From contig JBNKCR010000045.1 of the NCBI GenBank assembly GCA_050287845.1, positions 1 through 64,000 on the forward strand: 64,000 nucleotides of DNA, read 5' to 3'. The DNA comes from Polyangia bacterium (GTDB lineage Bacteria > Myxococcota_A > Polyangia > JAAYKL01). Positions 8,618 through 19,143 of the stretch are shown here, one piece after another; position 1 is the first letter of the stretch; each line of letters opens with the position of its first letter. The notes under the pieces were generated by a model. It made no database searches. It worked only from the letters and a program-made list of their open reading frames with translations, and was not told where the DNA came from. A program made the translations under genes and the position numbers.

Positions 8618-10381
8618 ATGACCAGGTATACAATCCAACATACGCGTTTCGCATGTGCGATATTCGTTTTTGTGTTCGCGGCGTTATGGGGAGTTTCCAA
8701 GGTAAATGCCGGAGTGCTGAGAGTGGTGTCGACACCGCCGAATGCCACGATTTATGTGGATGACAAAGCGGACGGGATTAAAGGGTACACCCCCAGTAAT
8801 CTGCGCCTCAGAAGAGGAAACCATAAAATTATTCTGGAAATGGATGGCTACAAGCCGTTGGAACATTTCATGACAATTAAGCCCCGTCGCCAGACCATAC
8901 GCCTGTCGCTGGAGAAGATTCCAGATACCGCCCAGATTCACTTTATATCCGACGCCAGCATTGCGGACGCGGAAGTATCTGTGGACGGCGAGGCGAAAGG
9001 AACAATAAAAAACGAACTCGAAATTCCTTCTGGGCGCCATCTTATTGAAATAAACAAGGATGGATTTCAAAAATGGTCCAGGTGGTTCGAGCTTCAACAG
9101 GCTGAAAAACGCGATGTGAAGGTTGAACTCGAAGAGGATATGGGGGACGTCAATGTAGCCGCCCGGCCCACTGTTAAAGATTCGTTCGTGTATATCAACA
9201 AAGAAAATAAAGGCCCTGTCCCCTGGTCAGGCAAACTTCCTCCGGGGCAGTATACAGTCAATGTGAAAGCGCCCGGCTATACGGGAACTGCTCAGACCAT
9301 TTTAGTAGAGACAAGTAAAAAGTCCGATGTGACAATTACGCTGAACGATGATACGAAAACCGGTAAGCTTTCCGTTGCAGCAGAACCTGCCGTAGAAAAT
9401 GCACAGGTGTTTATCGACGATGTGGCCAAAGGCCCCTCCCCCTGGAGCGGTGTCGTCACTTCGGGACATCATAAGATTGAGGTAAAGGCACCGGACTACA
9501 CGTGCGATACAGAGACCATCTTTGTTGAAGGAAATAAGCAGAATGTTGTGACTGTAAAACTTTACGCCATTGCCAAACTTGATGTGACGGTAAATGAAGG
9601 GAAGGCCGAGGTCTTCATTGATGAATCCAGTATCGGATTTACCCCGCTCACTGATGTGGACATCCCTGTCAAACGTTCAACCATCTATGTCCGCAGAGAC
9701 GGATACTCAGAATATAAAGAGGTCGTCTTTCCCCAAAAAGGCGAGAAGATCAGCATCAATGCTGTGCTTGAGTATGCCGAAGTCGAGGGTATGAAGAACT
9801 ACGCCACATTGAAGGCTACCTTTGGTATGTTCGGACCATCCAAACTGACCAGTTCCGAAATCAGTGGCATCGACAACAAAGCCACAAACTATAAAGCTTC
9901 CGACACCAAAATGAGTATTGCCTTGGGGCTGACCCATCTTTTTGCGCCCTATGTCGGTCTCGGTGTGCACGCCAGCTTCACGTACAAGGGACTTGGCGGC
10001 GACCTGTCGCTGGATCTCGATCCGATGCTTCGATTCCAGGTGCCAATCAAGTCGAAAGGTCGTCGAATCCTCGACTTATATTTTGGGGGCGGCGCAGGGC
10101 TGACCACCTACATTAACAGAAAAGATCCCCGCAGAGATGATTTGTATGAGCTGGGTGTGAACCAGGAGAAGTTGGTAGGTAAGCGCCAGAAATGGGGCGA
10201 CTTCGGTTGGAACTTGATTTCTCTTCTCGGATTACAGTTCAACGTTACGGACGCCATAGGGCTATTCCTCGAAGGCGGCTGGACGATGCACAAAGTTTAC
10301 GGCAAAAACACTGACTCCGACAAATTCGAATTCATGTGGATGGAGCTGTATGCCGGTGCAGGTATTGCTCTGATTTTCTGA
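8618..10381 (+). CDS. PEGA-repeat protein with a C-terminal outer-membrane beta-barrel
   Basis: AGGAGG RBS; signal peptide; about five PEGA repeats (A.VF/YID....G.xP....GxH.I.V...GY); amphipathic strands ending in Phe. Confidence 0.85.
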   Translation: MTRYTIQHTRFACAIFVFVFAALWGVSKVNAGVLRVVSTPPNATIYVDDKADGIKGYTPSNLRLRRGNHKIILEMDGYKPLEHFMTIKPRRQTIRLSLEKIPDTAQIHFISDASIADAEVSVDGEAKGTIKNELEIPSGRHLIEINKDGFQKWSRWFELQQAEKRDVKVELEEDMGDVNVAARPTVKDSFVYINKENKGPVPWSGKLPPGQYTVNVKAPGYTGTAQTILVETSKKSDVTITLNDDTKTGKLSVAAEPAVENAQVFIDDVAKGPSPWSGVVTSGHHKIEVKAPDYTCDTETIFVEGNKQNVVTVKLYAIAKLDVTVNEGKAEVFIDESSIGFTPLTDVDIPVKRSTIYVRRDGYSEYKEVVFPQKGEKISINAVLEYAEVEGMKNYATLKATFGMFGPSKLTSSEISGIDNKATNYKASDTKMSIALGLTHLFAPYVGLGVHASFTYKGLGGDLSLDLDPMLRFQVPIKSKGRRILDLYFGGGAGLTTYINRKDPRRDDLYELGVNQEKLVGKRQKWGDFGWNLISLLGLQFNVTDAIGLFLEGGWTMHKVYGKNTDSDKFEFMWMELYAGAGIALIF

Positions 10382-11080
10382 AAAAGAGCGCATCGGTACA
10401 GACCACTTCCCCATAAACGCTCCAGTCAAAATGCGTCATGTTAATGTGTTTTTCAAGTTGAACCCGTATATTGATAGTCTACGCATACTAAAATTCCCAC
10501 AAAACGAATAAGAATTGGCAACAATTACATTGTACACGCTTCCGATGCCGACCCCAAAACTGTCGGCAACTTCCCGTGCGCTCACTTTTGCAGCATCCGC
10601 CGCTTGATAAATGGTAGATGCATCCGACAATACGGATAGACCGCACACCCGCGTGGCCATAGGATCCATGCGATACTCTCCGCTTGCGAAAACCGAGCAG
10701 AATATGAACCACCAGCACACAAAGAATATTGCCCAAACCGAAAAATCCTCTATGCGTTGATATGCCGAAAACAGTGCTTCAGGCGCTTCCTGAACGCAAG
10801 TCTGCGAAACAGCGGCAAAAAACCACCAGACCGCCGTATGATGTCAACCAGCGGTTCTCTGCGAATTTTACCTGAAAAATTTTGTGGAATTTTTTTCTGA
10901 TTTCTGTTTTTCTGGGCTCCATTTGCGGTGGCCTCCTGGAACCGGGATTTTTGTTTTACGTAATTCAGGAATACCCAATGTCCATGCGTCCCCGCAAGAT
11001 TCTCCTTTCACTTTTACTATTTGTTTTATGCAACCTGGGAGTGAAGTTGAACACGATTTTGCACTATGGAGGATACAAAT

Positions 11081-11431
11081 ATGAAGATTCTGATTTTAAC
11101 TGGAGTATTGTCGGTTGCACTGATGATGGGTATTGCCTGCGACAGTGGCGGAGGAAGCGATAATGCCGATACGACTGACGACCTGAGCGAAAAACTACCC
11201 AACTGCTCTTCCTGTCATAGTCTTCCACCATCGACCGGTCGACACAGAGCCCACGTGAACGGCGAAGGGATTCATTGTACCCGATGTCACAACGAAACCA
11301 TCGCCGCGAACGGCACACTGATTCCGGGCGGACCACACGACAATGGCACGAAGGACGTTGTATTCCGCGACGGTGGTACGTTTGACGGAACCACCTGCAA
11401 CCCGTCCTGCCACGGTAGAAAAAACTGGTAA
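11081..11431 (+). CDS. Small multiheme cytochrome c lipoprotein
   Basis: GGAGG RBS; lipobox GIAC; CSSCH, CTRCH and an atypical CNPSCH, plus candidate distal His ligands. Confidence 0.8.
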   Translation: MKILILTGVLSVALMMGIACDSGGGSDNADTTDDLSEKLPNCSSCHSLPPSTGRHRAHVNGEGIHCTRCHNETIAANGTLIPGGPHDNGTKDVVFRDGGTFDGTTCNPSCHGRKNW

Positions 11432-11679
11432 TGCAAGAATCCTCATAAGGCAGTCAATTGCTCAAGAGGCCGATGGGAGAACCTTTGGTCGTCTGAAAAA
11501 CCAGTGTGATTCCTCTGAGAATGCAAATTACTGGGACAAGCGTTCATTGCATCACGATTCAATGTAAGATAACGAAACGAAAATTAATAACTTTTTATAA
11601 TTCAATTGGTTACAGATGATAAGGATAATCGTTTCGTGAAATGACGAATGTATTTGGTGTTTGTCTGGAATGGTAAAAT

Positions 11680-12279
11680 CTATACCACTGACAATTTCGT
11701 TTTGAGGTCGTTCATAGAGGTAATGGCAATAAGTTTTTCGTGCTGTAATCGCCCAACAACAATTCCGGGGTGAATGCCCAGTTCCTTTGCAATGGCTTTT
11801 ACTTTCGATGGCGATTTTGGAGGATTTTCCCTCAGTTTTGTCATGATATCAGGCGGAATAAGGTAGTCGGCGGAAAAATCGTTTGCCTCGTCTTCTTCAG
11901 CACCTTCAAGGTGTCCATCTTCCAGAAACACCTCATCTTTGGGATGTAGAAGTACATGAGCGGCTTCATGAAAGAAGGTGAACCAGAATCGGTCATTATA
12001 TTTGCTATAAAAACTGAATTGCATGAGCGGCCGCGCGGGTGACAGCCACCGTGTGACGCCGCTGACCCTGGCACCTTTCACCGATGGAACAAAAACGACA
12101 GCCACACCCGCAGAGTTACAAAGCGCAACGATCTGGTCGATAAAAACATCTTCTGAATGAACCGTTAAATTCCGGATTTCCCGAAGGACCTGTTTAAACT
12201 TTCTTTTATTATATTTTTCGCGACACTGTGATTCCGCCTTTATTTCCCCGGCCCTAAGCCACGTGGCGATGGCTCCTCT
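11680..12279 (-). pseudogene. ImmA/IrrE-family metallopeptidase domain (HigA-like antitoxin C-terminal part), 5'-truncated
   Basis: RFWFTFFHEAAHVLLH (HExxH), EEDEANDFS and HPGIVVGRLQH. The frame extends upstream to GAIATWLRAGE without a start codon or the N-terminal HTH. Confidence 0.75.
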
Positions 12280-12293
12280 ACCGTTCTGCGCTT

Positions 12294-12322
12294 CCCACGG
12301 CGAAACGCTCGGGGTGATTTTT
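12294..12322. repeat. Short dispersed repeat, copy 1
   Basis: CCCACGGCGAAACGCTCGGGGTGATTTTT, similar to sequence at 14523-14599. Confidence 0.6.
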
Positions 12323-12547
12323 CAGAGGATTTTTCAGGAGTTAAAAAATGCCGCACTGCATATTGGAGATATCGGGAGTATTGGGATAAGGTCCAGCCTG
12401 ACCGAGCCAGATGGTGGCGCTGCTGAAGCCGACTGGATTGATACCCGGGTATGAAATATCTCTGTCAATATATTTTGAAGTTGCGTCCAGGCGCTGCTCA
12501 CTGCCGGGTGTTTTTACAAGCAGGGGGTGGGGCGATACCCGGTTTGG

Positions 12548-14335
12548 CTATGTTGAGTACTGCAATTGAATCAGGTTCCTGTACTTGCCATCCGGAATTT
12601 GCATCAGGATTTCATGGGTTCCCTGTTCCACAATTTCCCCCTCGTGCAATACCACAATATCATCCGCGTTTCGGATAGTGGAGAGGCGATGGGCAATGAC
12701 AATGGAGGTCCTGCCTTTCATCAGTTCTTCAAGGGCCTGTTGCACCAGCTGTTCTGATTCCGAGTCCAAAGCAGATGTTGCCTCGTCGAGGATCAGAATT
12801 TTCGGGTCTTTCAAAACGGCGCGGGCAATGGCGATTCTTTGTCGCTGGCCGCCGGATAACTGGGTGCCGCGTTCCCCGACAATCGTCTCAAATTTATCGG
12901 GGAACTTTTCGATAAATTCCAATGCATTTGCCTTTCGCGAAGCGTCAAGGATCTCCTCGGCGGTGGCATCGGGTTTTCCATAGGCAATATTCTCCCGAAT
13001 ACTGCCACCAAACAAAAAGATATCCTGCGGAACCAGTGCGATTTGATGCCGCAACGCCGACAGAGGAAATTCGTGACAATCGGTGTTGTCAAAAAAAAGT
13101 GTGTTCCTGGGCGGTCGGTGCAGCATGAGCAGGAGTGCTGCCAGCGTGCTTTTTCCCGCGCCGCTCGAACCAACGAGAGCTATCATTTTGTTGCTGCTGA
13201 TTTCCAGATTCAAATTTTTAAGAACGGGCTGATCCCTTCTGGACGGATATGCGAAGAACAGTCTGTTTGTGCGGATGGCACCGCCCAGTAGATATTCAGG
13301 GTCAATTTTCCCGACCTCCTGAATGTCCTCAGGCGCTTCGTCGTAAATCCTGAACAAATCTTCTGTGGCGCCGATGAATTTTTGAATATTGGCATACACA
13401 GTGGTCAGACCGCTGATGGTACCTCCCACAAAAACCGAGTAGATGACAAACGAAAACAGATTTCCGGCCGTTATATCACCTGCCTGTAACAGGTGCGCCC
13501 CACGCCATACGACTGCCGCAATGGCCCCAAAGAAACCCAGCACAATAAATGACGAGAAAGCGCCACGATACTTTCCGCTGGTCATGCCCAGCTCAGCCAC
13601 TTCCCATGTTTCATTTCTGTAGCGGGCAATTTCCACAAACTCGTTGGTAAACGCCTTTACACTTTGTATGCCCTGCAAGGTTTCTTCAACAATTGTGTTG
13701 GAATCGGCCAGTTTCGCCTGAACGTCTTTAGACAATTTTCGAATGAATTTCCCAAAGAATCGCGCAAACACCATGGTGGGAGGTAATATGAGCAACATAA
13801 ATCCGGTGAGCTCAAGGGATATAATCCCCAGGAGAGTGATTCCCCCCAAGATGATAATCACTTGCCGAATCAATTCTGCCAGCGTGGTGGTCATGGTTTC
13901 CTGCAACATCGCCACATCTGCCGATATACGACTGTTCAGCTCACCCACTCTTCTCGTTTCAAAAAAACGCAATGGAAGTTTTATCAGATGCTGGTAACTG
14001 GCCACCCGCAGTGCAGCAAGGGAACGCTCGGTAACGTTCACAAACAACACGATACGAAAATAAGCAAAAGTGGCCTGGACCACCAATATTCCCGCCAACA
14101 GCAGTGCCGTCTGATTGAGACTCTGGCCCAGCGTTGTCTCATTTCTGGTGTTAACCAGGTCCCCCAGTAGTTTCGGGAAAGCGAGGCTCGCCAAACTGGA
14201 TCCCAGCAAAAAGAACATTCCCAATATGTATTGGCCCCGGTACGGTTTAATGTATTCATAGAGCCGAAACGCGCTGGAAATTCCGCGCCTGTTCATTTTT
14301 CCTTTGGGTACATTTGAGGTATCAATTTTTTCCAT
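12548..14335 (-). CDS. ABC exporter, fused TMD-NBD (MsbA-like)
   Basis: Six-TM domain; Walker A GSSGAGKST; signature LSGGQRQR; Walker B ILILDEATSALD; IAHRLST. Confidence 0.95.
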   Translation of the reverse strand: MEKIDTSNVPKGKMNRRGISSAFRLYEYIKPYRGQYILGMFFLLGSSLASLAFPKLLGDLVNTRNETTLGQSLNQTALLLAGILVVQATFAYFRIVLFVNVTERSLAALRVASYQHLIKLPLRFFETRRVGELNSRISADVAMLQETMTTTLAELIRQVIIILGGITLLGIISLELTGFMLLILPPTMVFARFFGKFIRKLSKDVQAKLADSNTIVEETLQGIQSVKAFTNEFVEIARYRNETWEVAELGMTSGKYRGAFSSFIVLGFFGAIAAVVWRGAHLLQAGDITAGNLFSFVIYSVFVGGTISGLTTVYANIQKFIGATEDLFRIYDEAPEDIQEVGKIDPEYLLGGAIRTNRLFFAYPSRRDQPVLKNLNLEISSNKMIALVGSSGAGKSTLAALLLMLHRPPRNTLFFDNTDCHEFPLSALRHQIALVPQDIFLFGGSIRENIAYGKPDATAEEILDASRKANALEFIEKFPDKFETIVGERGTQLSGGQRQRIAIARAVLKDPKILILDEATSALDSESEQLVQQALEELMKGRTSIVIAHRLSTIRNADDIVVLHEGEIVEQGTHEILMQIPDGKYRNLIQLQYST

Positions 14336-14489
14336 TGGGCATTTGTAATCATTAACAGTGCCAGAGTATCATCCTGCTCGAAAATTCTGATTTCAGATGG
14401 GGGCGAGGGACCCAATTCGAAGTATCTGTAATCATTGGGAAAGTTGTTAACGCCGAATGGGACCCGTCCGAGTTTGGCCGGTACGGAAA

Positions 14490-14599
14490 AAAACCGGGGA
14501 CAAAAACCGGGGACGGAGCACCTCACGGCGGAACGCTCAGAGTCCCATGGCGTACCGCCCCATGGCGTACCGCATGGCGTACCGCTCGGAGTGATTTTT
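14490..14599. repeat. Cluster of short direct repeats, including copy 2 of the dispersed repeat
   Basis: AAAACCGGGGAC x2; CACGGCGGAACGCTCAGAGT; CATGGCGTACCGC x3 followed by TCGGAGTGATTTTT. Confidence 0.75.
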
Positions 14600-14608
14600 G
14601 GCTGGTGA

Positions 14609-15475
14609 TTATTTACTCTGATTTGAATCCCAGAGGTCACAGGCGGGGGGTGCGTTTGGACAGTAGTCGGCGCATATAGTGCAATATTCACAGACAAACA
14701 ATTTTCTGAATGCGGCAACCGCGTTGGCGGAATACCCGGATTCCAGTTGGGCAACGCACTCCAGCCATAATGTTGAACCGGGGGATTGAATGGCGCATTC
14801 GCTGTCAACATCCGAAAGCAAAAAACGACAGCTGTCTGTATTCATACAATTCTCGTCAACGTATGTGCACTCATTATAACGGACATGAGCCGTACAGCTT
14901 TCGCAGAGGTCTTCGGTATCCGCATAGTCAGTATCAAAGGAGTGAATCGCCTTGTCCTCAAAGGGGGAATCTTCCATACAGGGACACTGACAATACGGCG
15001 AATAGTCGGGGGACTCCGGGTCACACCAGAGGAGCACCTCATCGGAACGATTGCTCTCTGCATATGTGAGCGCCAGCCACGTTTCGCCATCCACTTCCCG
15101 GGCGTACAGAACCTGCTGCGGAATTACCCGGTCGCCGCAAAGTACCAGTGGCTCATATATCCACTCGGATTCCAGACCGCCATACTCATATTCACAGCGA
15201 CCGACGGTTTCGCCGAACTCACAGGTTCCATTTCCGTTGATAGATGCCTCGGTATATGACATCCATACGCATCCATGTCCAAAGTCCGCCCAATCCGGGT
15301 CAGGCAGACTCCTTCCCATACAGGCATCTGCCGTTGTTTCGTTTTCACATTTCTCCCGGCAAATATCTTCGTTGATATTATTCCCGTCCACGCACTTGCT
15401 CTCTTTGCATCCACTGTTCATCAGGAATACCGAAAGATAAACGCAAGCCAATAATCCGATTCTGTTTTTCATCAT
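14609..15475 (-). CDS. Cys-rich lipoprotein, hypothetical
   Basis: Lipobox MNSGC; more than 20 Cys; acidic; start uncertain. Confidence 0.75.
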   Translation of the reverse strand: MMKNRIGLLACVYLSVFLMNSGCKESKCVDGNNINEDICREKCENETTADACMGRSLPDPDWADFGHGCVWMSYTEASINGNGTCEFGETVGRCEYEYGGLESEWIYEPLVLCGDRVIPQQVLYAREVDGETWLALTYAESNRSDEVLLWCDPESPDYSPYCQCPCMEDSPFEDKAIHSFDTDYADTEDLCESCTAHVRYNECTYVDENCMNTDSCRFLLSDVDSECAIQSPGSTLWLECVAQLESGYSANAVAAFRKLFVCEYCTICADYCPNAPPACDLWDSNQSK

Positions 15476-15654
15476 AAGCATAAGTTTCACTCCGAGCCGT
15501 GATAGTGTCACGCCGTGATGGCCAACACCGGGTGCAATTTAATTCCATTCACCTATTGTATCACGTCGTGATTTTCTTCGGAAAAATGTTCTTCCGCAGA
15601 GAATCTTTTTCTCTGGCTCGTTTTCACTGGCTTGTCGTGCAAAGTATCCGAACG

Positions 15655-16878
15655 TCACCTGTTTTGGCCACAGGAGATGGTGGAGGCCAGGATTCGGCCG
15701 CCGGTGTCCGCGTTTTCGGCGTATACCAGGATGGCATCATCACCGCGGCTGGCAATACCTGCGCGTACAAAATCGCACTTGTCGGCATACACCTGAAACT
15801 CACCGCCGGCCTTTGTACCGGCGGAGTCCATTCGATTGAACCCCACAAGGAAGTTGCTATTGTACGAACGCACGGCGGCGCTGAACAGGGAGCGGGTGCC
15901 GGCCACCAGCTTCGGCCCCTGGGGGCCATCCGCCCGGGAGATTCGCCGGACCGGCTGAATGCGCTTACCGCTGCGGTCCAGTCTGGTAAAATAAAACTCC
16001 TCGGTACTGTCCCCATCCCGATTGTCCCGAAAGAGCACGGCAAATCCCTCCCCATGGGGAATGATGTCCGTCGATGCATCAAACAGTTTCAGCGAATCGA
16101 TGGACTGGGCGGTTCCCTTTCCCATCGAATCGAGGGAAAGCGGGGCGCTCCGCAATGTGGCGCTGTGTCCTGTTTCATCCACCGCTGACCATACCGCGAT
16201 AGCCCCATTGCCTTTGCGGGCGAGGGTCGGTCCGTATAGCGGTGCGTCGGTGTCCATCACGGCACGCCTGACAATATCGCCCTCTTTTCTGTTGACTGCC
16301 GCCAGTACAATGGACTGCGGGTCGCTGCGGGTATCCTGCCAGCCCACCACCAGCACCTCGTTAACCATGGTCATGGAAACACTTCTGGCAAAGGGGCCAG
16401 TTTTCCCGATTTCCGTCATCCATCGCACCCGGTGCCCGCTGACATCCAGCAACGCAGTCATCACGGTGGCATTGTTTTTTCCCTGGTGACACAGCATGGC
16501 CAACGCCACCCGATTTTCGGACACCAGCACCGGACTGAGGGAAACCGCATCCAGTACCGGCTCGCTCACGTTGGCCCAATAGGTTTTGGGTGCATCCACC
16601 ATTTCTCTGTGTTTCTGGAGGGAATACACCTTCGAAACCGGCATGCCATCATTGTTGACAAGCGCGTAAAACACGCCCCGGTCCGCACTCCAGAACACGG
16701 CCAGATGTTCCCCATCCAACCGCAGGATTTCCAGAGACCTCGGTTCTCCGCCCACTTTCGCCACTACATACTCATTGGCCATGCGACAACGCTGCTGTTC
16801 CCGGCGATCACAGCCGGAACCCACGACCCCCATCAGCAGAAAAACAATAGCAATGTGAATGATACTTTCGCTGCGCAT
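15655..16878 (-). CDS. Hypothetical lipoprotein (beta-rich, possibly propeller-like)
   Basis: Lipobox GSGC; repeated AVFWS/VVGWQD/AVWS/VLFRD strands. Confidence 0.7.
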   Translation of the reverse strand: MRSESIIHIAIVFLLMGVVGSGCDRREQQRCRMANEYVVAKVGGEPRSLEILRLDGEHLAVFWSADRGVFYALVNNDGMPVSKVYSLQKHREMVDAPKTYWANVSEPVLDAVSLSPVLVSENRVALAMLCHQGKNNATVMTALLDVSGHRVRWMTEIGKTGPFARSVSMTMVNEVLVVGWQDTRSDPQSIVLAAVNRKEGDIVRRAVMDTDAPLYGPTLARKGNGAIAVWSAVDETGHSATLRSAPLSLDSMGKGTAQSIDSLKLFDASTDIIPHGEGFAVLFRDNRDGDSTEEFYFTRLDRSGKRIQPVRRISRADGPQGPKLVAGTRSLFSAAVRSYNSNFLVGFNRMDSAGTKAGGEFQVYADKCDFVRAGIASRGDDAILVYAENADTGGRILASTISCGQNR

Positions 16879-17047
16879 ATCTGATTTCCAAAGTCCAGTC
16901 ATTCCCTCAGTCGCCGCAGCACTGTAGCAGAAAAATCCGATGGAATGAAAGGAAAGAACCTTTTCCCGGCGTGATAACCGTCATCATGAAAATGAAGAAT
17001 TTGTGATTGCCCGGCGGCAAAAGCGAATTGGAAGGTGGAACCGGAGT

Positions 17048-17422
17048 TTATTCCCTGTACTCGAAATTCAACGTGTACTGACCGTCCACAAATACCCCCG
17101 GCGCGTCCTCGATACGAATCCTGTCGGCCGCTTTGGATACGCATTTCATCATTTCGGGATCATTGATGTCCGATTTGGCCACCGCTGCCTCTTTGGGGCG
17201 TTTGGATTTGGGCTCAAACTTCAGTTTCAATTCCACATCGCCCTTCTGATTGCGGTTCGTCTTCAGTGCATCCTCGTAGCACTTCTGAAATTCTTCCTTC
17301 TGCGCTTCCAGAGCAGAATATATCTGGCCTTCTGTTTTGGGATTCAGACTGCCGCACCCCATTGCGCCCGCCACTATCATCAGACAACCTGTCGCCAGTA
17401 TCAAATATTTCAATCCATTCAT
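17048..17422 (-). CDS. Lipoprotein with an AgmX/PglI C-terminal (TonB-C-like) domain
   Basis: Lipobox AMGC; FQKCYEDALKTNRNQKGDVELKLKF...MMKCV; AGGAGG RBS. Confidence 0.75.
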   Translation of the reverse strand: MNGLKYLILATGCLMIVAGAMGCGSLNPKTEGQIYSALEAQKEEFQKCYEDALKTNRNQKGDVELKLKFEPKSKRPKEAAVAKSDINDPEMMKCVSKAADRIRIEDAPGVFVDGQYTLNFEYRE

Positions 17423-17432
17423 GATGTTCCTC

Positions 17433-17978
17433 CTATTCCTTCTGCTCGAGAATATTGAATTCAACCCGGCGATTCTTTTCCTTGCCCTCGGGGCTGTCAT
17501 TGGGCGCAATGGGTTTCTCCTCACCGAAACCAACCGCTTCCATACGCGACTCTTCCACGCCGGCGTCCACCAGGAATTTCATCACGGCATCGGCCCGATC
17601 CTGCGACAGTGTCTTGTTGTACTCATCAGAGCCATCCGAATCGGTGTGGCCCTCAATGCGAATCTTTGTGATGCCCGGATTCTGTTGGAGCACCGTTGCC
17701 ACGTCATTGAGAAGATCATTGGACACTTCCTGAATCTCCGCTTTGTTGTACTCAAACATCACCTTTTCTGTAATCTCTATTTTCTTTCCGACCACCTTTG
17801 CCTTCTTCGGCGGTGGTGGGGGTTTCGGCGCATCCGGCCGGTCCGCTTCCACCTGAATTTTGTCTTTTCCTTTCAGAACATGCGTGTTGCCCACATTCAT
17901 GGAAAAACTGCAACCCGCGGAAACGAGTCCCAGCAGCAGACTCAACACACCCACCCATAATGCAACGGACGATTTCAT
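17433..17978 (-). CDS. OmpA-family peptidoglycan-binding lipoprotein
   Basis: Lipobox SAGC; IEGHTDSDGSDEYNKTLSQDRA; GFGEEKPIA; NRRVEF. Confidence 0.92.
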   Translation of the reverse strand: MKSSVALWVGVLSLLLGLVSAGCSFSMNVGNTHVLKGKDKIQVEADRPDAPKPPPPPKKAKVVGKKIEITEKVMFEYNKAEIQEVSNDLLNDVATVLQQNPGITKIRIEGHTDSDGSDEYNKTLSQDRADAVMKFLVDAGVEESRMEAVGFGEEKPIAPNDSPEGKEKNRRVEFNILEQKE

Positions 17979-18212
17979 AGCAACCTCCTTCACAGACGAA
18001 CCGCGAGCGGTTCGCAGGAATCATTGACTCCAGAAAAACCAGGAGTTCAAAATATACTCGTATGGGCGGAATGTACCGTCTTTCAATTCAATTTGTCAAT
18101 TTCCGTATTTATTTGAAATAAATTTCAAACTATAACCCCGCCATGTTCGATTTCTTCATTTTCCATCCTTCAGACACATCCTCCGGAGGATAAAGAGGCA
18201 GGTGGTCCGCAA

Positions 18213-19085
18213 ATGAAACTGGGTGCCCACCAATCCATTGCCGGTGGCCTGCATATGGCGCCACAGCGTGCCCTGGCCATTGGGCTGGACTGCTTTCAGA
18301 TGTTTACCAAAGCCCCCCAGAGCTGGCACGAGCCCGACCTCACAGGCGTTCAAATCGAAAAATTCAAAACCGCCTGTATCCGGGGAAATTACCTTCATGG
18401 CCATGTGGCGGTTCACGCATCATATCTGGTCAATGTGTGTTCCGCCAATGAACTCACACGACACAGAGCCATCGATGCTCTGGTTCGCGATGCCCGCCGC
18501 TGTGATGCCCTGGAAGTGGCCTACCTGGTCTTTCATCCCGGTTCTCCCGGGAAAATGGGCGCAGATACCGGCATCTCGCTGGTGGCCACTGCCATCGCCG
18601 AAGTACTGCGACGGACACAGAAGGTTACCATTCTCATCGAAAACACCGCCGGAACCGGACAGAGCATCGGTCATACGTTTGAACAGATTGCCGACATCAT
18701 TCACCGGGCGGGGAATCACCACCGGATTGGGGTCTGTTTCGATACCGCCCACGCATTGGCCGCCGGCTACTCCATCTCCACCCCGGCGGACGCGCAATCT
18801 GTCTTCGACGATTTTAACCGCGTCATCGGTATGGCGCGGTTGCAATGGATTCACCTGAACGACTCCCGAACCGGCAGGGGTTCCCGGGTGGACCGCCACG
18901 AAACCATCGGAAAAGGAAAAATCGGCACACCGTTTTTCAAATGGCTCGTCAATGCACCGTTTGTAAAAAATATTTCCGCCACCCTGGAAACCCCCCTCGA
19001 AAAAAACTGCACCTATGAAAAAGATGTGAACGCATTGCGAAAAATGCAGTCCCGCGCCAGTGGATTCCAATCAGAGCGAAAATAA
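18213..19085 (+). CDS. nfo: Endonuclease IV (deoxyribonuclease IV)
   Basis: LGAHQSIAGG, HASYLVN, FHPGS, IENTAG, CFDTAH, HLNDS, DRHETIGKG. Confidence 0.95.
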   Translation: MKLGAHQSIAGGLHMAPQRALAIGLDCFQMFTKAPQSWHEPDLTGVQIEKFKTACIRGNYLHGHVAVHASYLVNVCSANELTRHRAIDALVRDARRCDALEVAYLVFHPGSPGKMGADTGISLVATAIAEVLRRTQKVTILIENTAGTGQSIGHTFEQIADIIHRAGNHHRIGVCFDTAHALAAGYSISTPADAQSVFDDFNRVIGMARLQWIHLNDSRTGRGSRVDRHETIGKGKIGTPFFKWLVNAPFVKNISATLETPLEKNCTYEKDVNALRKMQSRASGFQSERK

Positions 19086-19143
19086 TGCAAACAGAGAGGG
19101 ACTGATGTGGCGCGCGTCGCCCGGCAATTGACAGCCACAGGAA

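Noticed and set aside
10436..10720. HTH-like segment SAREVADSFGVGIGSVYNVI, a possible IS630-type remnant
   Set aside because: Only about 20 aa of resemblance, with no catalytic domain or terminal repeats identified.
14544..14599. Triple 13-bp repeat as a CRISPR array
   Set aside because: The units are too short, have no spacers, and there are no cas genes.
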